The notes: generated from the letters alone by a model not told the origin. DNA of 64,000 bases from an uncultured Actinomycetota bacterium (GCA_963801365.1 CAWDEZ010000007.1:276124-340123); one strand, 5' to 3'; positions 1-10,250 are shown, counted from the stretch's first letter. Made by a program: numbers and translations.

Positions 1-2522
1 TGAGCGTGCTGTTCGGGAGGACGCTGTGACCTCCCTCGTCAAGCACAGCACACGCAAACCGCTGCCCGCGGTCACTTCGATCGCCGCCGAGCAGCCAATG
101 CGGAATCGTCAGCTGCGCACCGAATTTCCACCACGGTCGGCCGAGCAATGGTGGCCGCACACGGCGGCGACGGCCGAGCAGGTGCAGCAGCGGTTGACCG
201 CTGCGCCGTTCGCTGCCGCAGCCAACGGAACACGAGCGGGCCGACGACGCGGTGTCGAGAAGCTGCTGCGCTGGTTGTCGTCGTTGCCCGGCGATACCTG
301 GCAGGACCGCTGGCTGGCCAGCGGCGCCGAGCAGCATCCGGGAGCCGAATGGATCCAGCTGCCGATGGCCTGGTTGGCGGCGCACGGCCAGGCCGCGTCC
401 TACGACTCGACAGACCTGCCGTCCGGCTTGCTGATGCTGATCTGCGGTGACGTGCTTCGCCCCGGCCTGCCGTGGATGCTCACCCGCACCCACCGGTATC
501 TGGCGTCGGTGATGGCACAAGTCAGGGATCCGAACGGGTTCGCCAGGCTCGCAGAGCTGGCCGCCGCCGAACCGGCCAGCTCCCAGGGCGACGCCAAGAT
601 CGCGGCGACCCGCATCGCCACGATCCTGGCCTGCAAGGGCGGCACCGTCGCCGACATCGTCGTCGGCGACTGCGTGGAACTGGTTGAAACCATGCGGCAG
701 GTCCACACCCGCGGCGGGCAGAAGAAGATCGACTTCTATCTGCGGTTGCGCGCTTTGGGCGTCTTCCCCGACAACGCACCCCACAGCATCCGCGCGTTCG
801 GACTGGCCGGCGGACGTTTGATGATCGAGCAACTGGTCGACCGATATCGCATACAGTGCCGACCGATTCGGCATCTGCTCGTCGACTATCTGCGGGAACG
901 CCAGCCGTCACTGGACTTCGCCAGCCTCGACGCTGTCTCGAGGACATTGGCCGGGCTGTTCTGGGCCCGCATCGAGGAACTGGCTCCCGGCATTGACACC
1001 CTGCAGCTTCCTCCCGAAGTTGTGCGCGCCTGGAAAGACCAGCTCAGCACCGTCGAACGCACCACTATCAGCGCCTCCGGCCAGCGGAGCAAAGTGCCGG
1101 TGCCGCGTCTGAATTTCAAAGACGAGCTGATCCGAGTGCGGGCGCTCTACCTCGACATCGCGCACTGGGCTGTCGAGGATCCCGCTCGGTGGGGGCCGTG
1201 GGTCGCGCCCTGCCCGATCACCGACGCCGAAGTGCAGAAAGCCAAGGACCTCAAGCACCGCAAGGCCCGCATGGACCAGCGCACCCGCGAACGGCTGCCC
1301 GTCTTGCCCGTGCTCGTGAGCACCGCCAACGACCGGCGTCTGGCCGCGGCCGGTCTGCTGGCCGCAGCGCAGGTGGCCGAACCCGGGGCGGTGATCGACG
1401 GCACCAACAAAGCGCTGCGAAAAGCATTCGCCCCCAAGGCGATCGGACGATTCGTCTGGGCTGACGACGTCACTACCGGTAAACGGCGCAACCTGTCCTA
1501 CGAAGAAGAGGAAGCGTTCTGGGCGTTCGCCACCATCGAGGTCCTGCGGCTGACCGGGATCCGCTGCGAGGAACTGCTCGAACTGTCCCACCACAGCATC
1601 ACCGAATACCGGCTGCCCAGCACCGGCGAACTGGTGCCGCTGCTGCAGATCGTCCCGTCCAAGACCGACACCGAGCGCCTGCTGTTGGTCAGCCCCGAAC
1701 TCGCCGACATCCTCAGCACCATCGTCCAGCGCTTACGCAACCCCGACGGTTCCATCCCGCTGGTCGTGTCCTACGACGTCAGGGAGAGAATCTGGAACCC
1801 GCCGATGCCGGTGCTGTTCCAGCGCGGCATCGGCAACGAGCGCCGCGCCTTCACCCCGACCGCGATCCGCAAGCTGCTCATCAATGCACTCGCCGCGACC
1901 GGCCTGACCGACGCAGGCGGGGACCCGCTGACCTTCCACCCCCACGACTTCCGAAGGATCTTCGTCACCGACGCCATCATGAACGGCCTACCGCCGCACA
2001 TCGCACAGGTCATCTGCGGGCATAAGACCATCGGCACCACCATCGCGTATAAGGCCGTCTACCCGGCCGAAACCATCGAAGCGCACCGGGCGTTCATCGC
2101 ACGCCGCCGAGCGGTCCGACCTGGCGAGGAATACCGCACACCCACCGACGAAGAATGGGATGCATTCCTGGCCCACTTCGAAAAGAGGAAGGTATCGGTC
2201 GGGACCTGCGCGCGAGCATTCTCCACACCCTGCATTCACGAACACGCATGTGTCAGGTGTTCGCTCCTGCGACCGGACCCCGCTCAACGCGCGAGGCTCG
2301 CAGAGATCCACGACAACCTCGAAGCCCGCATCATTGAGGCGAAACGCGAGGGCTGGCTCGGCGAAGTCGAGGGCCTGCAGATCAGCTACAGCGGCGTCAA
2401 AGACAAGCTCGCCCAGATCGATGCCACGCTCCAGCGAAAGGCGGCAACAACCGGACTCGGTATGCCCGCATTCACGTCCATCTCTGGAAGAGCTTCTGCC
2501 CCATGAGAATTAAGTTCAGAGA
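1..2522 (+). mobile_element. Tyrosine-recombinase element (right part) inserted into the TnpB-like gene of a second element
   Basis: Sequence switches at about 2522 (...ATTAAGTTCAGAGAA|GCCTGC) into the C-terminal tail of a different recombinase; left end lies outside the window. Confidence 0.65.
26..2506 (+). CDS. Large tyrosine recombinase (phage integrase family) with C-terminal Cys-rich tail
   Basis: 826-aa ORF with catalytic set R (TGIRCEE), K (PSKT), HxxR (HDFRR), H (CGHKT), Y (TIAY); C-terminal CARAFSTPCIHEHACVRC. GTG start overlaps the TGA (27-29) of an upstream gene cut by the window edge. Confidence 0.93.
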   Translation: MTSLVKHSTRKPLPAVTSIAAEQPMRNRQLRTEFPPRSAEQWWPHTAATAEQVQQRLTAAPFAAAANGTRAGRRRGVEKLLRWLSSLPGDTWQDRWLASGAEQHPGAEWIQLPMAWLAAHGQAASYDSTDLPSGLLMLICGDVLRPGLPWMLTRTHRYLASVMAQVRDPNGFARLAELAAAEPASSQGDAKIAATRIATILACKGGTVADIVVGDCVELVETMRQVHTRGGQKKIDFYLRLRALGVFPDNAPHSIRAFGLAGGRLMIEQLVDRYRIQCRPIRHLLVDYLRERQPSLDFASLDAVSRTLAGLFWARIEELAPGIDTLQLPPEVVRAWKDQLSTVERTTISASGQRSKVPVPRLNFKDELIRVRALYLDIAHWAVEDPARWGPWVAPCPITDAEVQKAKDLKHRKARMDQRTRERLPVLPVLVSTANDRRLAAAGLLAAAQVAEPGAVIDGTNKALRKAFAPKAIGRFVWADDVTTGKRRNLSYEEEEAFWAFATIEVLRLTGIRCEELLELSHHSITEYRLPSTGELVPLLQIVPSKTDTERLLLVSPELADILSTIVQRLRNPDGSIPLVVSYDVRERIWNPPMPVLFQRGIGNERRAFTPTAIRKLLINALAATGLTDAGGDPLTFHPHDFRRIFVTDAIMNGLPPHIAQVICGHKTIGTTIAYKAVYPAETIEAHRAFIARRRAVRPGEEYRTPTDEEWDAFLAHFEKRKVSVGTCARAFSTPCIHEHACVRCSLLRPDPAQRARLAEIHDNLEARIIEAKREGWLGEVEGLQISYSGVKDKLAQIDATLQRKAATTGLGMPAFTSISGRASAP

Positions 2523-2742
2523 AGCCTGCTTGACTTGCCCGATGTTCCTCACCACCCCCGAATTCCTGCCCCAGCACCGCGAACAGCGCAAGCAGACCCT
2601 GCAGCTCGTCACCGCCGCCGAGGCCCGTGGCCAACAACGACTCGCCGAGATGAACCGGCAGGTGCTCGCCAACCTGGACAGCATCATCACAGCCCTCCAC
2701 CCCCATGCAGCCGAACCGAAGGACACCGAACATGCGCGTTAA
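2523..2742 (+). pseudogene. C-terminal tail of a Tn554-like TnpB tyrosine recombinase
   Basis: ACLTCPMFLTTPEFLPQHREQRKQTLQLVTAAEARGQQRLAEMNRQVLANLDSIITAL is the typical tail of actinobacterial TnpB-like integrases; no catalytic domain; overlaps the next gene. Confidence 0.75.
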
Positions 2743-3172
2743 CAACAGCATTCACCTTGTCACCGCCGCCCAGCAACGCCACGAACTCACCCGAGCCAAA
2801 GCGATCGCGGCGATGCACGAGCTCGATCGGGCCGGTGCCGTGCTCACCTTCGAATCCATCGCCCGTCACGCCGGCGTCTCCCGCTCCTGGATCTACACCC
2901 AGCCCGACATCAAAGACGAGGTCCACCGATTGCGCGCACAGCATCGCGGCCCGACCGCGCCGATACCATCCCCGCAGCGCGCCAGCGACGAATCGTTGCG
3001 GCGGCGCCTCGAAATCTCGAACCGGCGCAACCACGAACTCGCCGACGAAAACCAGCGGCTACGCCGCCAACTCGCCAACGCGCTCGGTCAACTCCGCGAC
3101 AACGGACAAACCCGACCCGCCGCGCGGCAATCAGTCGCCCATCGCAACTCGGTAACAATCAGCCCGTGCTGA
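2732..3172 (+). CDS. DUF6262 / TnpC-like accessory protein of a Tn554-like element
   Basis: LTFESIARHAGVSRSWIY HTH followed by ASDESLRRRLE coiled coil; third-gene position after a TnpB tail. Confidence 0.85.
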   Translation: MRVNNSIHLVTAAQQRHELTRAKAIAAMHELDRAGAVLTFESIARHAGVSRSWIYTQPDIKDEVHRLRAQHRGPTAPIPSPQRASDESLRRRLEISNRRNHELADENQRLRRQLANALGQLRDNGQTRPAARQSVAHRNSVTISPC

Positions 3173-3268
3173 CCGACAAGCCAGCCAGTCACGCCGCCGC
3201 GTCGTAGACATCCTCCACGAAGCAAACCCCCAGGTCACACCGATTATCAGCCAAAGAACTTGAGATAA

Positions 3269-3534
3269 CCATCGAATCTACCTTCGCCACCGTGCGGAAC
3301 CGGAGCAAGATCACCAAGGGCCCCGGCTCGCGGGCCGCGGGAATCGCCATGGCCTACAAGCTGATCGAGGCCGCGCAGTCACGCTGGCGTGCCGTGAATG
3401 CCCCGCATCTGGTCGCGCTGGTCCGGGCCGGCGCTCGATTCGAGAACGGCAAACTCGTCGAACGCCCCGACGATGAAACGACCCCGAAGGAGGCCGCGTA
3501 AAAGATCTTGATCCACAGGTATTGACAATTCCTC
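3269..3534 (+). pseudogene. IS256-family transposase 3' part and right terminal repeat
   Basis: IESTFATVRNRSKITKGPGSRAAGIAMAYKLIEAAQSRWRAVNAPHLVALVRAGARFENGKLVERP (stop 3499-3501) is the IS256 C-terminus; followed by GATCCACAGGTATTGACAATTCCTC, an IS256-type end. Confidence 0.85.
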
Positions 3535-3720
3535 CCGACGAGCACGTTTCGATCTGTAACACAACAAACGGATTGTGGCACAGCCAAATCCACACGGCTG
3601 CTGATGCAGCCAACGTGGTGGGTGTACTTGCCGGCAACATCTACTTCGGCGTCAACCCAATCAAATTGGCCCCCGGCACCAACGGACAGCGCGGTACCGA
3701 ACGTGACGTGAACCGGCTAG
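3535..3720 (+). pseudogene. Internal fragment of a phage/plasmid primase-polymerase-like gene
   Basis: ...NIYFGVNPIKLAPGTNGQRGTERDVNRL resembles the YFGVNP...RG...DVxRL segment of actinophage primases; cut by IS256 on the left and IS630 on the right. Confidence 0.5.
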
Positions 3721-4866
3721 TGGTGTGTCCCGCAAATAATTGGCAGTGAGTCGGTATGATTTTCGGGCATGAGCAAACCCGTGCCCGCATTAACGGTGAC
3801 CGATGGACAGCGCGAGGTGTTGGAGTCGTTGGCTCGGTCGCAGTCCGGGGCGCATCGGGAAGTGGTGCGGGCCAAGGCTTTGCTGATGGCTGCCGACGGT
3901 GCGGCGAACGCGACGATCGCGGCCACGTTGTCGGTGTCGCGGACCACCGTGGCGAACTGGCGTAGTCGGTTCACCGAGGACGGTCTGGTCAAGTTCGGGC
4001 AGGTCCGTGAGGGTCGAGGCCGCAGGCCCTCGATCCCCGACGCCACGATCGAGAAGATCGTGACGCTCACCAAGGAATGCCGCCCGGAGGGCGAGACGCA
4101 TTGGAGCACAAGGACGATGGCCGGGACCGCCGGGGTGTCGAAGAGCACTGTGCAGCGGGTGTGGAAGGAGTTGGGCCTCAAACCGCACCGGGTCGACACG
4201 TTCAAGGTGTCGGGAGACCCCAAGTTCGAGGAGAAGCTGGTCGATGTCGTGGGTCTGTATCTGAACCCGCCGGAGAACGCGATCGTGCTGTGCGCCGACG
4301 AGAAGTCCTCGGTGCAGGCGCTCGACCGCACGCAGCCATCGCTGCCGATGACCAAGGGCCGCGGGCAGACGATGACCCACGACTACAAGCGCAACGGGAC
4401 CACCACCCTGTTCGCGGCGTTGAACGTGTTGACCGGGGTGGTGATCGGGCAATGCCTACCCCGCCACCGCCACCGGGAGTTCCTGAAGTTCCTGCGCACC
4501 ATCGACCGAGAGGTTCCCAAGGGCCTGCAGATCCACTTGATCCTGGACAACTACGCCACCCACAAGCACCCCGACGTGCAACGGTGGCTGGACAAACACC
4601 TCCGCTTCCACCTGCACTTCACGCCGACCTCCTCGTCGTGGCTCAACCAGGTCGAACGCTGGTTCCGGGAACTGACCGACAAAGCGCTGCGGCGCGGCGC
4701 CTTCGGGTCGGTGCCCGACCTGATCGCCAAGATCGAGGACTACCTCGCCGCGCACAACAACGACCCCAAACCATTCGTATGGACCGCCACCGCCGAGGAC
4801 ATCCTCGCCAAGGTCGCCCGCGGACGCGTCGCGCTTCAAGCGGTCAACCAATGACGAGACACACCA
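3721..4866 (+). mobile_element. IS630-family insertion sequence
   Basis: Terminal IR TGGTGTGTC / GACACACCA; CTAG on both sides (3717-3720, 4867-4870); 1146 bp. Confidence 0.95.
3769..4854 (+). CDS. IS630 transposase
   Basis: 361 aa with HTH, CADEKS, ILDNYATH and SSWLNQVERWF motifs. Confidence 0.96.
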   Translation: MSKPVPALTVTDGQREVLESLARSQSGAHREVVRAKALLMAADGAANATIAATLSVSRTTVANWRSRFTEDGLVKFGQVREGRGRRPSIPDATIEKIVTLTKECRPEGETHWSTRTMAGTAGVSKSTVQRVWKELGLKPHRVDTFKVSGDPKFEEKLVDVVGLYLNPPENAIVLCADEKSSVQALDRTQPSLPMTKGRGQTMTHDYKRNGTTTLFAALNVLTGVVIGQCLPRHRHREFLKFLRTIDREVPKGLQIHLILDNYATHKHPDVQRWLDKHLRFHLHFTPTSSSWLNQVERWFRELTDKALRRGAFGSVPDLIAKIEDYLAAHNNDPKPFVWTATAEDILAKVARGRVALQAVNQ

Positions 4867-5158
4867 CTAGTTCCGAAGCCAAAGGGCATGCCGAGCGGCA
4901 AGCAGACCCCGGCCAGCGACACCGGCCCCGAAACGTGACGGGCAACGGGTGCTGTGTGTGCGGAGAACGGCTAAATGGCGACGACTAGCTGCCGGTGATG
5001 CGGACGCGGACCGCCCTAACAGGTCCGAAGTCCGGAAAACTCCGCAGCGGTCCGCCCCATACGATCCCCGCCCCGGTCTGTTCGTGGCTGTGCGGCGCGC
5101 TCGGGGGCTGATTTTCACCAGCCTGTTTTCGGCCTGTGGTAAGCGCTCTGACAGACTT

Positions 5159-5440
5159 TCAGCGGTGGGCTGTGGCCGCAGGGTCCGGCCCGCCGATGTT
5201 CGACCACCCGTCCTCACCCGCCCCCAACTGGACAACCTCCGCCTCCAACGGCGCCGACCTCGCCAACTTCAGCAGCGGACCCGGCCCTGTGATCTTCAAC
5301 AGCTCCGCAGCGCGCCGCCCGAACTCGCTCTCGCTGATGCCGACCGCGAGTCGCTGCGGCGTGTCGAGCCCGAACAACCGAGAGCGCCGCTCCATGACAG
5401 CCAGCACCGCCTTCACTGCGCCCACATCACCGGAGATCGC
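5159..5440 (-). pseudogene. Phage small-terminase-like / helical protein C-terminal remnant
   Basis: SGDVGAVKAVLAVMERRSRLFGLDTP resembles the xxMERRAKLLGLDAP motif of actinophage proteins; no natural 5' end, butts head-to-head with the HNH fragment. Confidence 0.4.
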
Positions 5441-5785
5441 CGCGGAACCACTTATTGCCCCGAGCATGAACGGCAGCGCGGCTGGCAGCGCAAGACCGGC
5501 GTCACACGCACCGACACAACGCAACACCGCAAGCGCAGGCTGCGTGTCCTGGCCCGCGACAGCCACCAATGCCAGCTTCGCTACGACGGCATCTGCGTCG
5601 GCACCGCCACCATCTGCGACCACATCGTGGCGCTCGCGGAAGGCGGCGACGACACCGACGAAGCGTGTCAGGCTGTTTGCGAAAACTGCCACCGGAAGAA
5701 GACCAGCCGTGAAGGTCACCTCGCCAAAGGGAATGCCCTCTCAGAGCCTCCGAGAGCCACAAGACCCGGTCCTAATTTCTCGTGA
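5440..5785 (+). pseudogene. Phage HNH endonuclease, N-terminus missing
   Basis: GTTYCPEH...RDSHQCQLRYDGICVGTATICDHIVALAEGGDD...CENCHRKKTSRE; no start codon at the expected position. Confidence 0.8.
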
Positions 5786-6254
5786 CGTTCCCGCACGAGT
5801 CGACGAATAACACGCATCGCTGTTCGCCGTGATCGACGACCAACCCAAGCCAGATCACCGCCCATAGACCGCATGTCACTAACGTGAGCAGCAAGTGGAG
5901 GATGTGGTTCACGGGTCGGCCATAGACGACCACTGCCGTGTAGTCGGTGACGGATTCGACGCGGCCACGTTGCTGCATCAGTTCCTGCGATAGATAGTGC
6001 TGCAAGCGTTCGCACCGTACTTGATCTGATACGGGCGTGGTCGACAACGGCACTGCCGGTAGCCGTTGTGAACCGCGAGTGGTCACCAGCATGACTACGA
6101 GAGCGATGATCACGATGAATCCAATCACGCCGAGAGCAGCCATGTCGCCAGCAATGCCGAGCACCAAGCAGAACAGCCCGCCGATGAATAGCGGAAAGCC
6201 GTACTTGGCGAGCAGATCGTTTAGCCGGTCGCCGCCAGTACTTAGATTCGACAC
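5772..6254 (-). CDS. Hypothetical membrane protein
   Basis: 160 aa with two N-terminal TM helices and a C-terminal VNHILHLLLTLVTCGLW hydrophobic motif. Confidence 0.7.
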   Translation of the reverse strand: MSNLSTGGDRLNDLLAKYGFPLFIGGLFCLVLGIAGDMAALGVIGFIVIIALVVMLVTTRGSQRLPAVPLSTTPVSDQVRCERLQHYLSQELMQQRGRVESVTDYTAVVVYGRPVNHILHLLLTLVTCGLWAVIWLGLVVDHGEQRCVLFVDSCGNVTRN

Positions 6255-6761
6255 CCCGATATCCCCTCAGGAACTTTGCTGGGCAGCTTAGCTGCGGGAC
6301 GCCCCCAGGGGAAATCCCTTCGCGTCGCACGCCGCCACGGCGGATGCTGCGGGATTCCGCTGGCTGCAATGCAAAAACGTCCCACACTGGCGCTGACAGG
6401 CACACTGGGCGACGAACGAACAGCGGCCGGTGTGGCGCGCGGGGGGTGGGGAACCCCCTCGACCCACGCAGCGCCACGGCACGGACTGCAGATTCCGATG
6501 GCGACAAGTTACCGACTTTTTGTGCTGCGGTGCATCAGTGCGGCTAAGGCTGTCGGGTTGGCGCGGGTGATCGACCGGCTGCCCCGGCCGGTGTGACGGG
6601 CGCGCAAAGACGGTGCTTGCCGGTGGTGGCGGCGCACGGTGGTGAGCGCCGACGGCGCGGTGACGTTCTATTACGACGACGTTCGGCTGTGGTTGGAGGA
6701 GAACGGGCTCGCCTGACGCGAATCCGATTAGGGAGAGTTTGGCGCGGGGTATAACCAGAAA

Positions 6762-7394
6762 ATGTCGCATCCTGAACTTTTGGCCCCACCTGATACACGT
6801 CCGATCGAGCTAGGCGAGGTTTGGGAGAACCCGGTGACGCTGGAGCGCGCCGTCATCGTCGACCTGCCGTGGTTGAACGATGAGGGCCGTCTGGTCGTGG
6901 ACTTGACGGCACTGCCCGGTGCGCATGTGGTGGGTGAACACCTGCATCCCGCCCTGGTTGAGAGCTTCAGCGTCCAGGAAGGCGAGCTGACGATGCTGCG
7001 CGACGGTCGGAAGTCGGTTCTGCGAGCCGGTGAAGGGGCGAAGATCGAGCCGGGCATCTGGCACTACTGGTGGAACGAGGGAGACGTGGATGCGATCGTG
7101 CACGGGGAGATCACGCCGGGTGAACGTTTCCTCCACATGGCCGAAACGCTGTTCGGGCTCGCCCGCGAAGGGCACGTGAACATGCGCGGGATGCCGCACC
7201 CACTCCAGCTGGCGCTGTTCGCGATCGAATTCTCCGACGTGATCGTGTTGCGCAAGCCACCGGCTGCTGTTCAGCGCGTCCTGTTCAGCATCCTCGCGCC
7301 GCTCGCCCGCCGTCGCGGCTACCGCGCGACCTACCCCTCGCTGTCGAGAACGACGCTCGCACCGCGCCCGCCCCGCGACGCTCGCGCAGACTGA
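6762..7394 (+). CDS. Cupin-domain protein
   Basis: EHLHPALVESFSVQEGEL ... IEPGIWHYWWN cupin metal motifs. Confidence 0.88.
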   Translation: MSHPELLAPPDTRPIELGEVWENPVTLERAVIVDLPWLNDEGRLVVDLTALPGAHVVGEHLHPALVESFSVQEGELTMLRDGRKSVLRAGEGAKIEPGIWHYWWNEGDVDAIVHGEITPGERFLHMAETLFGLAREGHVNMRGMPHPLQLALFAIEFSDVIVLRKPPAAVQRVLFSILAPLARRRGYRATYPSLSRTTLAPRPPRDARAD

Positions 7395-7580
7395 ACGGCT
7401 CGGCTGGGAAGACCGACAGCGCCGGACGAGCGCCGCGTGACCAGCGGTGATCGTCGCTGAGAGAACTTGCCCACAAGGCGTCCTGCGACCTCGTCGAGCA
7501 GTTCTCGCTCAGCCCCGTCGGTCCTGTGGGGCCCCTGGGTCGCGGGGCTTCGACCTACATCGACCGCTGACGAGGCTTAG

Positions 7581-9265
7581 CCTCGATTTTGCATGCCTGT
7601 AGGTTTGGGTTGAGGGTTGGCTGCGGATTAGCCTGTGTGATGGGTCTTTTCGGGATGTCGTATGTTTGATGGCCCCGTGTCGCGGGGCGGGGCGGGCTTT
7701 CCAGGGCCGTGGTGGGTTCGTGGTCGTTGGGGGCTGGTGGGTCCGTGGGTCAGGGGAAGGCGGCGCGGATGCGGTGCCAGGCGGTTGCAATCGCGATGGC
7801 CCAACGCCAGCTGGCATCGACGCGTAACCGGAGTTGGCGGGCGCCGCGGGTGATGCGGGCAGCCACGTGCAGCACCCGGTAGCGGAAGGCGGCGATCTCG
7901 CAGCGGGAGATCTCGGGGTGGGCGGTGAATCCGATGAGTTTGGCCCAGGCGACGAGATCGGTTGCAGCCAGGACAATTTCGAGCCAGGCAGTATTGGCGT
8001 GGAATCCGTGGCAGGGCAGGTTGGCCAGTCCGGTCGCCTTGGCTTCGCGGATGCGGTCCTCCACGCGGGCGTGCTGGCGGTGGCGCAGCTCGAGGCCGGC
8101 CAGCTGCCCAGCGATCAAACCGGGGGCTGTGTCGGTGATGAACGCGGTGACCCGCATGCCGTCGGCGTCGGTGAACCGCAGCTGCGCACCGGGGTGGGGG
8201 CGTTCCTTGCGCAGGATCAGCCGGGTGCCGGCAGGCCACGCCGACATGTCGACCAGGTCGGTGGCCTCGGCCACCCACGCCCCGTCGCGGATCTCACCGT
8301 CTGACTCGATCGCCGGGTACCAGGCCTGACCGCGGTTGAGGGTGTCGGCCGCGTCTTGCACCCGGGTGTCGACCGGGTGGCCCAACGAGAACCCGACCCG
8401 GTGAGCTCGGCAGGCCGTGGCGAACGCGTGGGTGGCCCCAGCGGCGTCGGACCGCACCAGCACCTTCGGCGCCGCGGGATCCCGGCCCGGACGCCAGTCC
8501 GGCGGCAGCGACGCCAACGCCTGCTCCAGGACCGTGACGTGGTCGGCCGCGGTGTTGCTGCCCGCGTTGCCGGCCCGCAGCAGCCCGGCCAGCGCCTCGC
8601 CCCCGGCGATCTCCGGACGATCCAAAAACGCCAACAACGGGTGATGCCCGAAGGTCTTCTTCCAGGTCGGCGCCGCGTTCTGCTTGTTGTCGGAGTGGTC
8701 GATGGTCAATGTGGCGTCGATGTCGATATGCAGCCACCCGCCGCGCTTGGGGGCCGCCCCGGCGGCCCACGCCGCCGCCCTGGCCGCCGCGCGGGCAGCG
8801 CGCACCCGCGGCAGATGTATCGCATCGACACGCTGGTCAACCAGCCGCCACATCGTGGTCGTCGACGCCTTCGCCCCGAAAACATGCTCGCGGTCCCCGC
8901 ACCGCTGCCCGACCCCGTCGATACAGTCCGCGCCGTCGGCCACCGCTGCCGCCAGATCCGCGAACACTGCACCCGGCGCATACACCCACGGACCCTGGTA
9001 CGTGTCGGCCAACGCGGCGGTCACCTGCGCCGACAACCCGGTCAAGTCGGCCAACTCGCGCAACAAGCCCATCCCCGCATGCGACACCACGCCGTGCCCG
9101 TCCGCCGACACTTTCACCCGCCGCGCCGACGCGATACTCTTCACCTGCAAAGTGCCTCTCCTGCTTGTGCCGACCGGACCTTAGACAAGTCGATCCTGCA
9201 CTGCGGGACAGGCGCTTTCGCGCATCAACACCCCATCACCGACGAACTCGCACGAAAAATTCAGG
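7581..9265 (-). mobile_element. IS1380-family element, copy 1
   Basis: Ends CCTCGATTTT / AAAAATTCAGG; TTAG duplicated at 7577-7580 and 9266-9269; 1685 bp. Confidence 0.95.
7750..9150 (-). CDS. IS1380 transposase
   Basis: 466 aa with DIDAT, VRSDAAG and RARVEDRIREAK DDE motifs; translation identical to copy 2. Confidence 0.95.
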   Translation of the reverse strand: MQVKSIASARRVKVSADGHGVVSHAGMGLLRELADLTGLSAQVTAALADTYQGPWVYAPGAVFADLAAAVADGADCIDGVGQRCGDREHVFGAKASTTTMWRLVDQRVDAIHLPRVRAARAAARAAAWAAGAAPKRGGWLHIDIDATLTIDHSDNKQNAAPTWKKTFGHHPLLAFLDRPEIAGGEALAGLLRAGNAGSNTAADHVTVLEQALASLPPDWRPGRDPAAPKVLVRSDAAGATHAFATACRAHRVGFSLGHPVDTRVQDAADTLNRGQAWYPAIESDGEIRDGAWVAEATDLVDMSAWPAGTRLILRKERPHPGAQLRFTDADGMRVTAFITDTAPGLIAGQLAGLELRHRQHARVEDRIREAKATGLANLPCHGFHANTAWLEIVLAATDLVAWAKLIGFTAHPEISRCEIAAFRYRVLHVAARITRGARQLRLRVDASWRWAIAIATAWHRIRAAFP

Positions 9266-9362
9266 TTAGTGTGCGTGTTGTACCCGTCCACAGAACAGAT
9301 CACTCCCCGAACGGTTACCCCGGCGACCGCATCGGATAGACCCAGCCTCCAAGCCGATCGCT

Positions 9363-10250
9363 TTACTTCGGTTCGAGGGCAGCAAAGTAGTCGGTTTCAA
9401 CCTTTACGTCTTCCACAACCCGCTCGGTAGTCGTGATGCCGATGGCGTTCTCCTTCAAGAGATCGCACAGCCGGTCACCGTCGATCAGGTCGATGGGCGG
9501 CGCACCGTCGCGCTTTGCTTCCGCTCGGGCATCGCTAGTGAAGGTGCCGGTGGTGATAAGCAGGCCCTTGTCGCCTCGACCCGCCATCGCCCCACGGAAG
9601 TCGCGCACAGCAGAAGGGCCAACGCTGCCCGAATAACGCTTGCACTGAAAGAACACGGGAAACGTCAACAACGAAAGTTGATAGACGCCAAGTCCGTCAA
9701 TGCCGCCGTCACCCGATCGGCCCGTGACTTTCGCGCTAGTAAAACCGGATTCTCGCAAGAGCCGCTGGGCAAGCCGTTCGAAAGCGACCGGTGACAGCGC
9801 GAGGAGCGTGCTCAGCAATTCGTCCTTCCACTTCTCCTCAGCTTCAGCCTCGACCTGGTCAAGTTCGCTGCCGACGTCAGATCCGTCGTCTCCGCTCCGC
9901 TTCTTGCCCCTTTTGCTTGCCTTCTTACGATCCGCCGCGAACGCGGCGCGCAGCGGCTCAAGGCTCTCCTGTGTTGCAACCTGTCCTTCGGGCGTCACCG
10001 ACCAAACTCCCCGCGCGCTATTAGCGAAGAGGCCCATTCCCTTCAGGTAAGTCCGCGCCCACGCCAACCTGTTCTGGACTACCGTCTGCGGCCCGCCGCT
10101 GAGTAGGACGCTCTGCTGCTCGGGCGTGAGCTGCTCTCGTTCGATAACTGCGGCATCTAACTCAGCGATCGAGGCAGAGCCACCTAGCGCGATCGCCGTC
10201 TGCAGCGTCGGCCACAGGAGGTCGGAGTACGCAGGAACCACCACAGCCAT
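9363..10250 (-). CDS. mrr: Mrr-family type IV restriction endonuclease
   Basis: Mrr N-terminal wHTH (NRLAWARTYLKGMG) plus catalytic domain (GDGGIDG...FFQCKRY...GLLITT...IDLIDG). Confidence 0.92.
   Translation of the reverse strand: MAVVVPAYSDLLWPTLQTAIALGGSASIAELDAAVIEREQLTPEQQSVLLSGGPQTVVQNRLAWARTYLKGMGLFANSARGVWSVTPEGQVATQESLEPLRAAFAADRKKASKRGKKRSGDDGSDVGSELDQVEAEAEEKWKDELLSTLLALSPVAFERLAQRLLRESGFTSAKVTGRSGDGGIDGLGVYQLSLLTFPVFFQCKRYSGSVGPSAVRDFRGAMAGRGDKGLLITTGTFTSDARAEAKRDGAPPIDLIDGDRLCDLLKENAIGITTTERVVEDVKVETDYFAALEPK

Larger units (their letters stand above)
2523..3268 (+). mobile_element. Tn554-like (TnpABC) element, right part, inserted into an IS256 transposase gene
   Basis: TnpB tail plus TnpC-like gene, then a noncoding end ...GAACTTGAGATAA abutting IS256 codons (C)CC ATC GAA TCT. 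Confidence 0.65.

Noticed and set aside
6295-6385. Structured ncRNA (GGGACG...CGTCCC closing stem)
   Set aside because: Short GC stems are expected by chance at this GC content, and no family motif was recognised.
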